From: Candidatus Marinacidobacterales bacterium
GTDB lineage: Bacteria > Acidobacteriota > Vicinamibacteria > Marinacidobacterales > DATDRI01
Direction of reading: 5' to 3'
NCBI GenBank assembly: GCA_965219415.1
Contig: OZ244742.1
Span: 1,728,001 to 1,792,000 of the forward strand
DNA: 64,000 nucleotides
Numbering within the stretch: the first letter of the stretch is position 1; each line of letters opens with the position of its first letter. A program made the position numbers and the translations under genes. The notes beneath the pieces were generated by a model. That model was not told the origin of the DNA. It saw nothing but the letters and a program-made list of their open reading frames with translations, and ran no database searches. Of this stretch, positions 1 to 10,856 are shown in pieces.

Positions 1-4
1 ACGC

Positions 5-937
5 TTGATCGCCGCAGAGGAATATGCGGGGAGGTTGTTGCGCGCGGTCGGAGAAACGAAACATGCGGGCGAAGGCTTCGACCGATCTCTGGCCGTCCCA
101 CCGCCGATGGAGCCGGCTCCCAGGCGAGGACGTCGAAGCCGCAACTCGGTAACGCCGTTACTCACCAAGAAACAGATTCGTTCCATCCTGCCGATTCTCA
201 GAGAGTCCATGGAGCGCATCCGGACGGTGCGCGAAGAGTTGGTGGAACACAATCTCAGGCTGGTGGTGTGGGTAGCCAAGGCGTACCGGGGACGCGGCCT
301 CGACTTCGTGGATCTCATCCAAGAGGGAAGCCTGGGGCTCCTCCGTGCCATCGATCGATTCGACCCGGCGGTGGGAACACGTTTCTCTACTTTCGCTACC
401 CACTGGGTCCGACAAGGCATTCGGAGGGCGCTCGCCGAGAAGGCACGCACCATCCGCCTTCCCTTGAATCGTCTCCCGGAGGCGCGGGAAGCAGTCTACC
501 AGCGCTTCCAGCTCACGAAGAAGTTACAGCGAACACCGACCCTTATCGAGATCGCTGCAGAGATGGGACTACGACCCGAGAAGGTCCAAGAACTACTACC
601 GGCGCTGGCCCCGATCGACTCGCTAGACGCTCCCTTGGCCTCTACCGATCTACGTCATGCCGATCTCTTGGCCGATAAAGGAACCTCCCCGCTCGAAGAG
701 GCGATCGAGGAGGAAACTACCCAATCGATCCAGGCGTTGTTGGAGCGGATGCCCGAACGAGAGCGGATCATCTTAGCGATGCGTTATGGAATCGGGTATC
801 CGCAAGAATGCACTCTCGAGGAGATCGGAACCGCGCTCGGACTGTCGCGTGAGCGGATCCGCCAGATCGAGCAGCTCGCGCGGCAAGAGCTCCGCTCGCT
901 CATGCTCAACGTCCAGCCCGATCTAGCCAACTCATAG
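5..937 (+). CDS. Sigma-70 family RNA polymerase sigma factor (RpoD/RpoS-like), probably 5'-truncated by the window edge
   Basis: Region 2 LVEHNLRLVVWVAKAYRGRGLDFVDLIQEGSLGLLRAIDRFD, FSTFATHWVRQGI; region 4 TLEEIGTALGLSRERIRQIE. Confidence 0.9.
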   Translation: MIAAEEYAGRLLRAVGETKHAGEGFDRSLAVPPPMEPAPRRGRRSRNSVTPLLTKKQIRSILPILRESMERIRTVREELVEHNLRLVVWVAKAYRGRGLDFVDLIQEGSLGLLRAIDRFDPAVGTRFSTFATHWVRQGIRRALAEKARTIRLPLNRLPEAREAVYQRFQLTKKLQRTPTLIEIAAEMGLRPEKVQELLPALAPIDSLDAPLASTDLRHADLLADKGTSPLEEAIEEETTQSIQALLERMPERERIILAMRYGIGYPQECTLEEIGTALGLSRERIRQIEQLARQELRSLMLNVQPDLANS

Positions 938-1016
938 CCGCGGGGCGAGAGGGCCGCCTGGCCACGTTGCGTAAGAGTACAGCCTATTTTGGCGGCAGAC
1001 AGGTCATTTCAAGGTG

Positions 1017-1967
1017 CTAGTCCCTGAGCTCCTTGCCGGTCAGGTGGAGGAGACCTCGCCCAAGTTGGGCTGGTGGACGACGAGCTCCTTGATGCGGACG
1101 TTCTCGTCAGAAGCGAGTTGGAGAAGCTCTGGGATGAGCCGCTCGACGACGAGCTCACCGGCGAGCTGGAATCGGTAGGTGCCGGCGTGCCGGGAGTCCT
1201 GCTCGAGAAGCTGGGATCTTAGCTTGGCGGTCGGCGCATTCTCGAAGGTAACGACCACCGTCTGCCCCCTCCCCACTCTCGCCGCGAGTTCCTGAGACGT
1301 TCCTTCGGCGACGAAACGCCCCTCATCCATAATGGCGACGCGATGGCAAAGCCTCTCCGCCTCCTCCATATAGTGGGTGGTATAGAGGACGGCCATTCCT
1401 TGCTCCGCAAGCCCCTCGACCGAGGAAAAAATGCGCTCACGCGACTGAGGGTCCAACCCGACCGTCGGCTCATCCGAGCAATAGCAGCTCGGGCTCGTGA
1501 ATGATTCCACACGCAAGGTTGAGCCGGCGTTGCATGCCGCCAGAGAAATCGGCCACGTTGTCGCGCCGCCGTTGGGCGAGTCCGACGAGCTCGAGCATGG
1601 CTTCTACGCGTGACTCGAGACGGGCGCCGTCTAGACCATACATCCGACCGAAAAACCGCAGGTTCTCTTCCGCAGTCAGCGTCGGATAGAGACAAACCTG
1701 CTGCGGAACCAACCCCACTCTTCCTTTGACCGATTCCACGGCGGCGGCAATACCCAGACCATTCAAGCGCACCGCCCCCGCGGTGGCCGAAACGATGGTG
1801 GCGATCATTCCGATGGTGGTCGTTTTCCCGGCGCCGTTCGGCCCTAGAAGCCCGAAGATCTCCCCACGGCGAATGGAAAAGGAGACCCCGCGAACGGCTT
1901 GGCGTTGCCCGTAGCTCTTGGATAAATCCGAGACTTCCAAGACCACCGGGGCTTGATCAGTGTTCAC
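1017..1967 (-). CDS. ABC-2 type transporter ATP-binding protein, frameshifted near 1475 and 1050
   Basis: Walker A GPNGAGKTT, signature FSGGMQRR; Walker B LLLL/DEPTVGLD is split across ORFs 1470..2096 and 1040..1516; C-terminal LHLTGKELRD* lies in another frame. Confidence 0.85.
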
Positions 1968-2032
1968 GAGCGTAATCTGATTTATACGTTGAACCGCCCA
2001 TGTGGCAAAGCGCGTGTGTCGAGCCGGTCGAG

Positions 2033-2221
2033 CTATTCGAGGAGCGATAGAAGAGACAAGCGATAGGCGTAAAGCTCCCTCTCGCTCAGGAACCAATCCT
2101 CTTTAACGGACCGACTCCTCTTGTTGGGCCAGCGATCGTCAGAGCCCATCACGATTTCGGTCTCGGCATCCTCGTCCCGCCAGGTGTCACTATCGAAGTC
2201 TTCGAGGATTAACGTCGGCAT
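2033..2221 (-). CDS. Small acidic hypothetical protein (62 aa)
   Basis: GGAGG ribosome-binding site just upstream of ATG; fills the gap between tkt and the ABC gene on the same strand. Confidence 0.5.
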   Translation of the reverse strand: MPTLILEDFDSDTWRDEDAETEIVMGSDDRWPNKRSRSVKEDWFLSERELYAYRLSLLSLLE

Positions 2222-2338
2222 TTCGTCCTCCCGCTCCCTAGTCCCATTCTAGGCACGGGATTCAGAAAAGCCCGTGGAAGATCCCACAAAAAGGAAGAAA
2301 TCGCGTCGCCCACCCACCTCACCCCCTCTGGGCATTAC

Positions 2339-4342
2339 TCAATCGATGACGAGTTTCTTCACTTCCTCGACCAGCCTCTCAGGAGTAAACCCGAGTTTTT
2401 CCCAATTGACCGAAGCGGGCGCTGAAGCACCGAACCGATCGAGCCCAACGATGGCGCCCTTGTCTCCCACCCAACGATGCCAGCCGAGCGTGGCCCCGGC
2501 CTCGACCGCAACGCGCGCCGTCACCGATGGCGGGAGAACGGACTCGCGGTAGTCTTCACTCTGTTCTTCGAACAGCTCCCAGCAGGGCATCGAGACGATG
2601 CGGCAGCGAATTCCCTCGCCGTCCAATAGCTTCCGAGCTTCCATCGCCAAAGAGACCTCGGAACCGGAGGCGAGCAAAATCGCTTGGAGCGAACCACTCT
2701 TTGGGTCGTCCAGCACGTAGGCACCGCGAGCGAGTCCTGAAACATCAGCGTTCAGTACCGGAAGCCCCTGCCTCGTTAGCACCAAGGCGACCGGCCCTTC
2801 CTTCCGTTCGATGGCCCATCGCCAGGCTTCCGCCGCTTCGTTCGCATCGGCGGGTCGCACGACATGGAGATTGGGCATCGCTCGTAGCGACATCAAATGT
2901 TCGACTGCTTGATGCGTCGGACCATCCTCACCGAGACCGATGGAGTCGTGCGTCCACACGAAAGTGACCGGGAGATGGCTGAGAGCGGCCAAGCGCACCG
3001 AAGGACGCATGTAGTCCGAAAAGCAGAAGAAGGTTGCGGTATAGGCGCGGACGCCGCCGTGATAGGCCATACCGTTCGCGATGCCTCCCATCGCGTGCTC
3101 TCGTACTCCAAAATGAATATTCCGGCCGGCACCGGTTCGCCCATCGAAAGAATCCTCACCGTCTAGCGCCGTCTTGGTAGAGCCCGACAGATCGGCATCG
3201 CCGCCGATCAGCTCTGGCAAACGGGGCGCGATGGCGTTGAGCGCTTTGCCGGCTGCGGCGCGGGTCGCGACTTTATTACCAGGCTCGAACCGCGGAATAT
3301 CTTGATCCCAACCTTGCGGGAGCTTGCCCGCCATCCGCCGCTCCCACTCCTTTGCAAGCTCCGGGTTGGCCTCGGAGTATTCTCGGAGGCGCGTGTTCCA
3401 GTCGTCCTGTGCCTTTTGCCCCCGATCGACGGTTCGCCGGAAGTTCGCGGCGGCTTCGTCGGGAACGTAGAAAAACCGCTCGGCATCCCATCCCAACTCT
3501 TTTTTCGTAAGCGCCACCTCTTCGTCTCCCAGCGGGCTGCCGTGTGCGCCGGAAGTCCCCGCCTTGTGGGGAGAACCAAATCCGATCGTGGTGTGAACGT
3601 TGATCAAGGAGGGACGCCCGGTATCTGCCTTAGCCTCCGAAATCGCTGCGTCGATCGCGTCGAGGTCCCGATCGCCATCCTTAACATGAAGCACCTGCCA
3701 ACCGTACGCCTCGTAGCGTTTACCGACGTCCTCGGTGGAAAAAGTCAGAGAGGCCGGCCCATCGAGAGTGACGTCGTTCGAATCGTAGAGGTAGATCACT
3801 TTGCCGAGCTTGAGATGACCGGCCAAGGAGGCGGCCTCGGCCGAGATCCCCTCCATGAGGTCTCCGTCCGACACCAGCGCGTAGGTGTGATGGTCGACGA
3901 TCGTCTGCCCGGGGCGGTTGAACTGATGCGCCAGGGCACGCTCGGTCAATGCCATCCCTACCGCGTTTGCAGTTCCCTGCCCGAGTGGTCCTGTGCTCGC
4001 CTCCACACCTGGAGTCATGAAGGATTCCGGGTGACCGGGCGTATTGCTCCCCCATTGTCGGAAATTCTCGAGATCGGCAAGGCTCAGGTCGTAGCCGGTG
4101 AGATGGAGCAAGGTGTAAACCAGCATGCAACCGTGCCCGGCCGATAGGATGAATCGGTCCCGGTCGGGCCATTCCGGGTCGCGCGGGTTGTGACGGAGGT
4201 GACGTTGCCAAAGCACGTATGCCATCGGGGCCGCGCCTAGGGGCAACCCTGGGTGGCCGGAGTTCGCCTTCTGCACCGCGTCGATAGCCAGCGTTCGGAT
4301 GGTGTTGATACACAGCTCGTCCAGCGAAGCCGTTGCTTTCAT
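2339..4342 (-). CDS. tkt: Transketolase
   Basis: [51 protein letters not shown] motifs; start chosen at [10 protein letters not shown]. Confidence 0.97.
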   Translation of the reverse strand: MKATASLDELCINTIRTLAIDAVQKANSGHPGLPLGAAPMAYVLWQRHLRHNPRDPEWPDRDRFILSAGHGCMLVYTLLHLTGYDLSLADLENFRQWGSNTPGHPESFMTPGVEASTGPLGQGTANAVGMALTERALAHQFNRPGQTIVDHHTYALVSDGDLMEGISAEAASLAGHLKLGKVIYLYDSNDVTLDGPASLTFSTEDVGKRYEAYGWQVLHVKDGDRDLDAIDAAISEAKADTGRPSLINVHTTIGFGSPHKAGTSGAHGSPLGDEEVALTKKELGWDAERFFYVPDEAAANFRRTVDRGQKAQDDWNTRLREYSEANPELAKEWERRMAGKLPQGWDQDIPRFEPGNKVATRAAAGKALNAIAPRLPELIGGDADLSGSTKTALDGEDSFDGRTGAGRNIHFGVREHAMGGIANGMAYHGGVRAYTATFFCFSDYMRPSVRLAALSHLPVTFVWTHDSIGLGEDGPTHQAVEHLMSLRAMPNLHVVRPADANEAAEAWRWAIERKEGPVALVLTRQGLPVLNADVSGLARGAYVLDDPKSGSLQAILLASGSEVSLAMEARKLLDGEGIRCRIVSMPCWELFEEQSEDYRESVLPPSVTARVAVEAGATLGWHRWVGDKGAIVGLDRFGASAPASVNWEKLGFTPERLVEEVKKLVID

Positions 4343-4538
4343 TCCACTCTCCCGTGTTGACGAAGATGACGTGGCGCGTGCCCGCGGCCGCGCCTCCAAG
4401 TCCAAGTAAGAACGATGGAGAATACCAAGTGAGCAAGGCTCCGACAAGACCCGTGGCTAGGCGTGGAAACCTCAATTTGCGCACCGGCTCCCCCTGGACT
4501 AAATTTGACTGAGGGCGTCTCGCACCCTCGGTCAAATC

Positions 4539-5226
4539 ATGGCCTCCAAAAGCAAGCTCTGGTACTTGAATCGTATGGACCTGTTTCGCCATATGAACAT
4601 GGATGCCATGAAGTTAGCGAACCAGATCAGCGTCATGACCGAGCTCAAGAAGCGCACGCCGGTCTATCTGCCTGGAGATCCCGCCGACAAGATCTATCTC
4701 ATCAAGCGCGGTGTCGTGAAGATCTCGACGCTAACGGACGAAGGGAAAGAAATCGTGCTCGCATTCCTGCACCCGGGTGACGTGTTCGGGGAGCTCGCGG
4801 TGGTGGACGCATCGCCGAGAGACCATTTCGCCGAGATTTACGAGGATGCGCTCATTTGCATCTTCGCGCGCAACGAGTTTCTGCAGTTCATGAAACGATA
4901 TCCCGACCTCGCTTTCCAGGTTGACCAAGATTCTCGGGCTTCGGGTCCGCCGGCTATCCAATCGTGTCGAAAACCTCTTTTTCAAGAGCGCCCATGCGCG
5001 GCTGGCCCAGACGTTGCTCGACCTCTCGAATGAGTACGGCGTGCCGGACGCGGCAGGCGTTCTGCTTACCCTGAAACTGAGCCAGCAGGAGCTGGGAAGC
5101 TTGGTTGGTCTCAGTCGCGAGTCGGTCAACCTATGCTTGAGCGATTTCAAGCGTCAGGGGTTGGTGGAATCCTCCGGGCGCTCTCTGCGACTTCTGGAGC
5201 CGGAGAAGCTGGCGGCCCTCCGATAG
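4539..5226 (+). CDS. Crp/Fnr family transcriptional regulator, frameshifted near 4921
   Basis: cNMP-binding domain (LHPGDVFGELA) in 4539..5033 continues into HTH SQQELGSLVGLSRESVN in 4921..5226. Confidence 0.88.
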
Positions 5227-5238
5227 AACTCTCCTGAA

Positions 5239-5254
5239 AGTTAAGAACCTAACA
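5239..5254. promoter_or_regulatory. Candidate Crp/Fnr-type operator
   Basis: AGTTA-N6-TAACA dyad with Crp-like 5-6-5 geometry, located between the two Crp/Fnr genes. Confidence 0.3.
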
Positions 5255-5420
5255 GCCGCTTCCCGGCTTTCGCTCTAATGTGTCCCGTGAGGGGAGTTCA
5301 GAACCAGCTTCCTTAGGGGGGGAAGCGTCGCGTCTCGCCCGCGATAGTGACCGGCTCGGCAAGTCACTCTTCCATAAAGGTTTGTTCTCAGGGCTTGCTG
5401 TGTTGGCGGGAGATCACGTC

Positions 5421-6135
5421 ATGGCGACACAGATTGCGTTCACCAGAAAAAACCTGGACGTCCGACAACTTCCTCAACAAGAGGCGGCCGGACGTTTCTT
5501 CAGCGGCACGCGCTTGTTTCGTAGCTTGAAGGAGAGCCAGGTCCGGAGCCTCGCCGCCCGAGGCAGCTTGAATCGAGCCGAACGGGGGCAGATCCTCTAC
5601 TGCGAGGGGGAACTGCTCAACCATCTATACGTGGTCCAGTCGGGCAGCGTGAAGCTCGTTCGGAGCTCCGAAGAACGGGAGGGAGCTCATTGTGAATCTC
5701 GTCGGAGTCGGTGAATGCTTCGGCGCCATGGCTCAGCCACTGCTGGCTCCGAGCCTCGCACAAGCACTGGCGAATTCTGTCGTTCACGTGATTCCCCTTC
5801 CGGGCGTGCGCAGTGTGGCTGCCGACAATCCTTCCTTTGCGCTCGATCTGCTGGAAGTCAGCGAAGAACAATGGGTCTCCGCGCAAGCGACAGCCGCTCG
5901 CTTGGCTTTTGAAAGCGTTCCGCGCCGCCTCGCGACTTTGCTGCTCGGCATCTCCGACCAGCGGTACGGGACGCTGAACTTCCCGCTCAATCAGACCGAG
6001 ATCGCGAACCTCATCGGCAGCAGCCGGGAGACGGTGTGCTCCATATTGAATCGCCTGCGCCGTGATGGAATGCTGTCTATCGTGACGGGAAGAATCCGAC
6101 TCGTCGATCGAGTTCGCCTCGCAGAAGTCCGTTAA
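5421..6135 (+). CDS. Second Crp/Fnr family regulator, frameshifted near 5676
   Basis: LYCEGELLNHLYVVQSGSVKL followed by VGVGECFG and HTH NQTEIANLIGSSRETVCSIL. Confidence 0.85.
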
Positions 6136-6224
6136 ACTCGCCGAGCGAGCCGCCACTCAAGCCCCCACCGAGGCCAGCATTCCTCTTTCCTCGACCGATG
6201 GCCTGGGCATAGAATCGAGTCTCC

Positions 6225-7151
6225 ATGCCCGAACAAGCTCTCCGCTGGGTCGTCTTCGGTTCCATTGTGCTGATCATGCTGGCCCTCGATCTCGGAGTGT
6301 TCCACCGGCGAGCCCACGTCGTCCGACTGCGAGAAGCCATCGTATGGAGCGTCGTATGGATAGCACTATCGCTTCTCTTTAATCTAGGCGTCTACGTCTA
6401 CCTCGGCCCGCAAGCCGGATTGAACTTCCTAGCCGCCTACCTCATCGAAAAGTCGCTCAGCATTGACAACATCTTCGTGTTCTTGCTCATCTTTTCCTAC
6501 TTTTCGGTGCCGGCCCAATTTCAGCACCGGGTTCTTTTCTGGGGAATCATCGCTGCCCTGTTCATGCGGGCGTTCTTCATCGCCGCTGGCCTGACTCTCA
6601 TCCAGAGGTTCGAGTGGATCGTCTATGTCTTCGGAGCTTTTCTGGTCTTTACCGGAATCCGGATGGCGATACGCAAAGAGGGCGAGATCCACCCCGAGCG
6701 GAACCCGATCTTGAAGCTGTTTCGGAGATTCTTCGCCGTCTCTAGCGACTACCAAGGTGCACGGTTTCTTGTCAGGAAGGACGCGGGTTGGATCGCGACG
6801 CCACTGCTCATCGTCTTGCTAGTCGTCGAGACTTCCGATCTCATTTTTGCGGTCGATTCCATTCCAGCGGTTCTAGCGATAACCATCGATCCGTTTATCG
6901 TCTACACATCGAACGTTTTCGCGATCCTAGGCCTGAGGGCCCTCTACTTTGCTCTTGCGGGCATTGTGGAGCTCTTCCATTACCTTCACTACGGCCTTTC
7001 CGCTATCCTCGTCTTGGTAGGGTTCAAGATGCTCATCTTACACATCTACCACGTCCCGACGGTCCTCGCCCTCAGTTTCATTGCCGCGACGATCCTGATA
7101 AGTGCGGTCGCTTCCATCCTCTATCCTCCGAAGAAGAGTATCGAAGAGTGA
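6225..7151 (+). CDS. TerC/Alx family membrane protein
   Basis: EKSLSIDNIFVF, QHRVLFWGI, DLIFAVDSIPA, TSNVFAILGLRALYF motifs. Confidence 0.93.
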   Translation: MPEQALRWVVFGSIVLIMLALDLGVFHRRAHVVRLREAIVWSVVWIALSLLFNLGVYVYLGPQAGLNFLAAYLIEKSLSIDNIFVFLLIFSYFSVPAQFQHRVLFWGIIAALFMRAFFIAAGLTLIQRFEWIVYVFGAFLVFTGIRMAIRKEGEIHPERNPILKLFRRFFAVSSDYQGARFLVRKDAGWIATPLLIVLLVVETSDLIFAVDSIPAVLAITIDPFIVYTSNVFAILGLRALYFALAGIVELFHYLHYGLSAILVLVGFKMLILHIYHVPTVLALSFIAATILISAVASILYPPKKSIEE

Positions 7152-7161
7152 GAACGATTTA

Positions 7162-7560
7162 ATGAGCGGCATGCTCCTAGCCAAGATCGCTGTCGGGGGA
7201 GCGATCGGAGCGCTGGCGCGATATGGGATGTCCGGCGCGATCTACGCGGCCATGGGCGCTCGACTTCCTTGGGGTACGCTGTCTGTGAATCTTCTGGGTT
7301 GTTTTCTACTGGGTGCATTGTTGGAGATAGCCAGGCTCACCGCCTGGGTCTCTCCGGATACGCGGCTCGCACTGGCGATAGGATTTCTCGGTTCTTTCAC
7401 GACGTTCTCTACGTTCGGTGTGGAAACGTTTCGGGCCATCGAAGCCGGTAGTTGGTCGACGGCGATGTGGAACGTGATGCTAAACGTCGTCGGCGGGCTG
7501 TTTTTCGTTATCCTCGGGGTTGGCCTCGCTCGCGGGGTCATCCACTTGCGGAGCGGTTAA
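7162..7560 (+). CDS. crcB: Fluoride channel Fluc/CrcB
   Basis: GGAIGALARY, PWGTLSVNLLGCF, GFLGSFTTFSTF signature. Confidence 0.93.
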   Translation: MSGMLLAKIAVGGAIGALARYGMSGAIYAAMGARLPWGTLSVNLLGCFLLGALLEIARLTAWVSPDTRLALAIGFLGSFTTFSTFGVETFRAIEAGSWSTAMWNVMLNVVGGLFFVILGVGLARGVIHLRSG

Positions 7561-7923
7561 TGAGAGAGCTCGAAGGGGAACAGGTCTTGATGCGGATTTT
7601 CATCGGAGAGAGAGAACCGTTGGAAGGGAAGAAGCCTCGTGGACTGCCTGGTCGAGCTCTTCAAGAAAGAGGGATTCGCGGGAGCGACGGTCTTGCATGG
7701 GACCCAGGGCTTCGGCGCCCACTCCCAGGGGATCCATCGCGATGCCATTCTGCGCCTATCGCAGGACTTACCGGTCGTGGTGGAGGTCGTCGACACCGAC
7801 CAAAGAATCCAGGAGTTGCTCCCCACGCTGGACGAGATGATGGGGGGAGGCCTCGTCACCCTCGAGAAGGTCCGGGTCATTCGATACCGTCCGCGCGGAG
7901 CGGAACCACCCTCGCGCGACTAG
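7560..7923 (+). CDS. DUF190 (PII-like) protein, frameshifted near 7615
   Basis: LMRIFIGE followed by AGATVLHGTQGFGAHS, LSQDLPVVVEVVD, GGLVTLEKV; usual crcB neighbour; start overlaps the crcB stop. Confidence 0.85.
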
Positions 7924-8082
7924 GCCCCAGCCCCCAGATTCGGGCCTTTCTGCACCCCATATTTAGTTGTCCCTATGGCAGGCCACCCAATATCTTGACC
8001 TTTGTCCGCGGAAATGCTACTTTCGCGTGTTCACGAAGCTCAGGAAACTGGCTCAGAAACCCGAATCGAGAGGTGATTCTTT

Positions 8083-9330
8083 ATGTCGAAGCGCTGGCTG
8101 ATTAGCGGGCTGCTGCTCATACTATCCACTGACGTCCCGAGCGCAATGGCGCAGGGGAGCTTGTTTCCCAGCGTAGGGGCGATCAACCGCGCGATGTCCG
8201 GAGCCTCCGTCGCAGCTCCACTGGACGCCGCTGGCGCTACTTACTGGAACCCCGCGACGATCAGCGCGTTTTCGAAGCAAGAGATCTTCGTCGGAGGCGA
8301 CTTCGTCTATGGAGACACTTTTCTGGCCACCGGCGTGGTAGGCGGTACGGCGGGAGAGAATCGAAGCGACAGCGGTCTGGCCGCGGCTCCAGTCATCGGG
8401 GTCATCAGCCGGCCCAAGGACTCCACGTTCACCTTCGGTCTGGGCATCTACTCCATTCTCGGTCGCACCATCGATTTCCGGGGGAGCGACTCCAATCCCA
8501 TCTTGAGACCTTTTGATCCTCCCAGATCGTTTGGCGTCGGGCCGGTGTCGGCAGAGCTCTCGGGACTTCAAGTGGCGTTGTTGATGTCGAAACAGATCTC
8601 GGACACCGTCTCGGTGGGCGGCGGCCTCACCGTGAACAGCGTTTCACTCGACCTGGATCCGGCTTTTTTCGCGCCGCGGAACTCGAACGGCACCTTTCCC
8701 GCAGCAACAAACAGCCGACCCAATTGGGGGGCCGGATTTCAAGTCGGCGTCTACTACGACAGTCGCGACAAGTGGAAATTCGGCGGGGCCTTCAAGAGCC
8801 AACAGTGGTTCGAGACATTCAAGTACAACTCCAAGGATCAGATCGGACGCGCCCGCGAGCTAAATCTAGAATTCGCACTCCCGTCCATCTTGACATTCGG
8901 TGTCGGCTACCAAGCGTCGCGGAGCACGCTGATCGCGGGAGACGTCCGTTATTTCAACTATGCGAGTACGCCGCTCTTCGGCCATTCTCCGGAAGTCGGT
9001 GGCCTCGGCTGGCGTAGCATCTGGGCCTTCGCGGTCGGAGCCCATCACCAATTCAACCAGATGGTTTCCGCACAGTTCGGATACGCGTACAGTCAAAGCC
9101 CGATCGAGGATGGCGAAACCATCTTCAATATGCAGCTCACTGCCGTCAATACCAATTCCCTGTCCGGAGGGGTAACGGTTGCCTTGACCAGGTCGGTGGA
9201 CATCGTGGGAAGCGCCGTCTATGCGTTCGAGGAGAAGAGCCAGGGCACTATCCTTCAGATTCCTGGCACCGCTATCCAGCTCAAACAGAGCCTCGGTACG
9301 TTCAGCCTGGGGCTACGCTTCAAGCTATAG
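8083..9330 (+). CDS. OmpP1/FadL family outer-membrane transporter
   Basis: Signal peptide, GAINRAMSGASVAAPLDAAGATYWNPA hatch motif, amphipathic beta strands to the C terminus. Confidence 0.85.
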   Translation: MSKRWLISGLLLILSTDVPSAMAQGSLFPSVGAINRAMSGASVAAPLDAAGATYWNPATISAFSKQEIFVGGDFVYGDTFLATGVVGGTAGENRSDSGLAAAPVIGVISRPKDSTFTFGLGIYSILGRTIDFRGSDSNPILRPFDPPRSFGVGPVSAELSGLQVALLMSKQISDTVSVGGGLTVNSVSLDLDPAFFAPRNSNGTFPAATNSRPNWGAGFQVGVYYDSRDKWKFGGAFKSQQWFETFKYNSKDQIGRARELNLEFALPSILTFGVGYQASRSTLIAGDVRYFNYASTPLFGHSPEVGGLGWRSIWAFAVGAHHQFNQMVSAQFGYAYSQSPIEDGETIFNMQLTAVNTNSLSGGVTVALTRSVDIVGSAVYAFEEKSQGTILQIPGTAIQLKQSLGTFSLGLRFKL

Positions 9331-9332
9331 GC

Positions 9333-10793
9333 TCAATCCTGAAGGTATCCCAGGGCTCGGAGTCTCTCGATCGCTTGGGAATCGACGGGGAGCGGTGCCT
9401 TCTCGCTACTCAAGCGATCGATCAACGCCTCCAAGGTGGTCTGCAGTTCGTCCGCTTCTCTCGATGCCTGGTCGATACGGTTGCGGGTCTCGTAGGGGTC
9501 ACTCGCAAGATCGTAGAACTCGTCATCGCCATGGGTATAAAGAAGGTACTTAGAATCCAACGTCCGAAGCGCGTAATTCTGCCCCTTGGTCATGGACTCG
9601 AGCCGCAACTTGCGACGCTGCGGGTAGAGGCTCCTCTGCGCAAATGCGACGCGTTTCGAGTAACCCCCGCCCAACCCGCGCATCAAGGGCAGAAGCGATT
9701 GGCCTTGGATCGGCAATATCTGCTCATCCAGGGCACCCTCCGCCTCAACGAGATCCATGACGGTCGGAGCGAGGTCCACGTGCTCGACCACCCGATCCGT
9801 AATGACCTTACCGGCATAGAGATCGCCATCGAAATGGAAGATGAGCGGCACGTGCAGCTGGACGTTGTAGAGCTGTTTCGAGTGCCCAAACCACCCGTGG
9901 TTCTCTAGACCTTCTCCGTGGTCGGCGGTGACCACCCACAAGCTACCGCGGTCGAGCCCGCGCCGCTCCAGTTCGGAGTAGAGCCGCTGGAGCTCGGCGT
10001 CCACGAACGCAATCTCGCCATCGTACAAAAGGATCTGTCTTCGCAGCGCGCCGTTTGCGGAAGTATCGAGGCGGTGTTCCGTCTTAAGGAACTCTGTGTG
10101 CGCAAGCCGTTCGGCCACGTTCTTGGGCCACAATCTCTGGAGATGCTCTGCCGGTGGTTCGCGCGGACCGTGAGGATCGAACAGGTGTACCCAGAGGAAA
10201 AACTGCTCTTCAGGTGACACGCCGTCCAACCATTGAATCGCAGAATCGATCGTCTCGTTCGCTGGACGGTACAGCTTTTCGTCAGGATTCCTTTTCTTAT
10301 CGCGCGTTGTCGACCCCTCTCGAGCCAGCTCGTCGTAGTGATCGAACCCCTGCCGAAGGCCGCCCCAGTCGAAATGAGCGTCGGTGCTGGTGAAAGCGGC
10401 GGTCGCGAATCCTTGTCGGGCGAGAAGCTCCGCGAGGGTCACGAAAGACTCCTCGAGGCGGAAACCGTTGCGGTGGACGTTGTGCTGTAACGGATACAAA
10501 GACGTAAACAAAGACGCATGGGACGGCTGGGTCGTACTGGACTGAGCGTAGGCTCTTTGGAACACGACCCCTCGCTCGGCAAGGGAGTCGAGAAACGGCG
10601 AGACCGGCCGGGGGTAGCCGTAACTTCCGAGATGGTCCGCGCGCAGGGTATCGACCACCACCAGGACGATCCGCTCCGGGGGCGAGGGCTCGGGCGCCGC
10701 CGGCTCAGGAGGCGCGGTCGATTGGCACCCCATCGGAGAAAACGTGATGGCAACGACAGCGAGCAGCGGACCCACCAGACCACGGCGAAAGAT
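9333..10793 (-). CDS. Sulfatase-like (alkaline phosphatase superfamily) lipoprotein
   Basis: VVDTLRADHL, TQPSHASLFT, HLFDPH, TADHGE, HVPLI, YDLASDPYE; lipobox-like MGC; start uncertain (GTG 10775 or ATC 10793). Confidence 0.88.
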   Translation of the reverse strand: MFRRGLVGPLLAVVAITFSPMGCQSTAPPEPAAPEPSPPERIVLVVVDTLRADHLGSYGYPRPVSPFLDSLAERGVVFQRAYAQSSTTQPSHASLFTSLYPLQHNVHRNGFRLEESFVTLAELLARQGFATAAFTSTDAHFDWGGLRQGFDHYDELAREGSTTRDKKRNPDEKLYRPANETIDSAIQWLDGVSPEEQFFLWVHLFDPHGPREPPAEHLQRLWPKNVAERLAHTEFLKTEHRLDTSANGALRRQILLYDGEIAFVDAELQRLYSELERRGLDRGSLWVVTADHGEGLENHGWFGHSKQLYNVQLHVPLIFHFDGDLYAGKVITDRVVEHVDLAPTVMDLVEAEGALDEQILPIQGQSLLPLMRGLGGGYSKRVAFAQRSLYPQRRKLRLESMTKGQNYALRTLDSKYLLYTHGDDEFYDLASDPYETRNRIDQASREADELQTTLEALIDRLSSEKAPLPVDSQAIERLRALGYLQD

Positions 10794-10856
10794 GGCGACC
10801 TCCTTACGTGTATGGTCGAGGTATGATGTCAGACAAATCTCGTGCTCGCCAAACGC

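Noticed and set aside
3302-4592. Long antisense and alternate-frame ORFs (e.g. 3302..4147, 3720..4592, 35202..36155, 58454..59188)
   Set aside because: Shadow ORFs of well-supported genes, expected in GC-rich DNA.
6136-6224. Fluoride or yybP-ykoY riboswitch upstream of terC-crcB
   Set aside because: Short leader without recognisable consensus motifs by eye; needs an Infernal scan to exclude fully.
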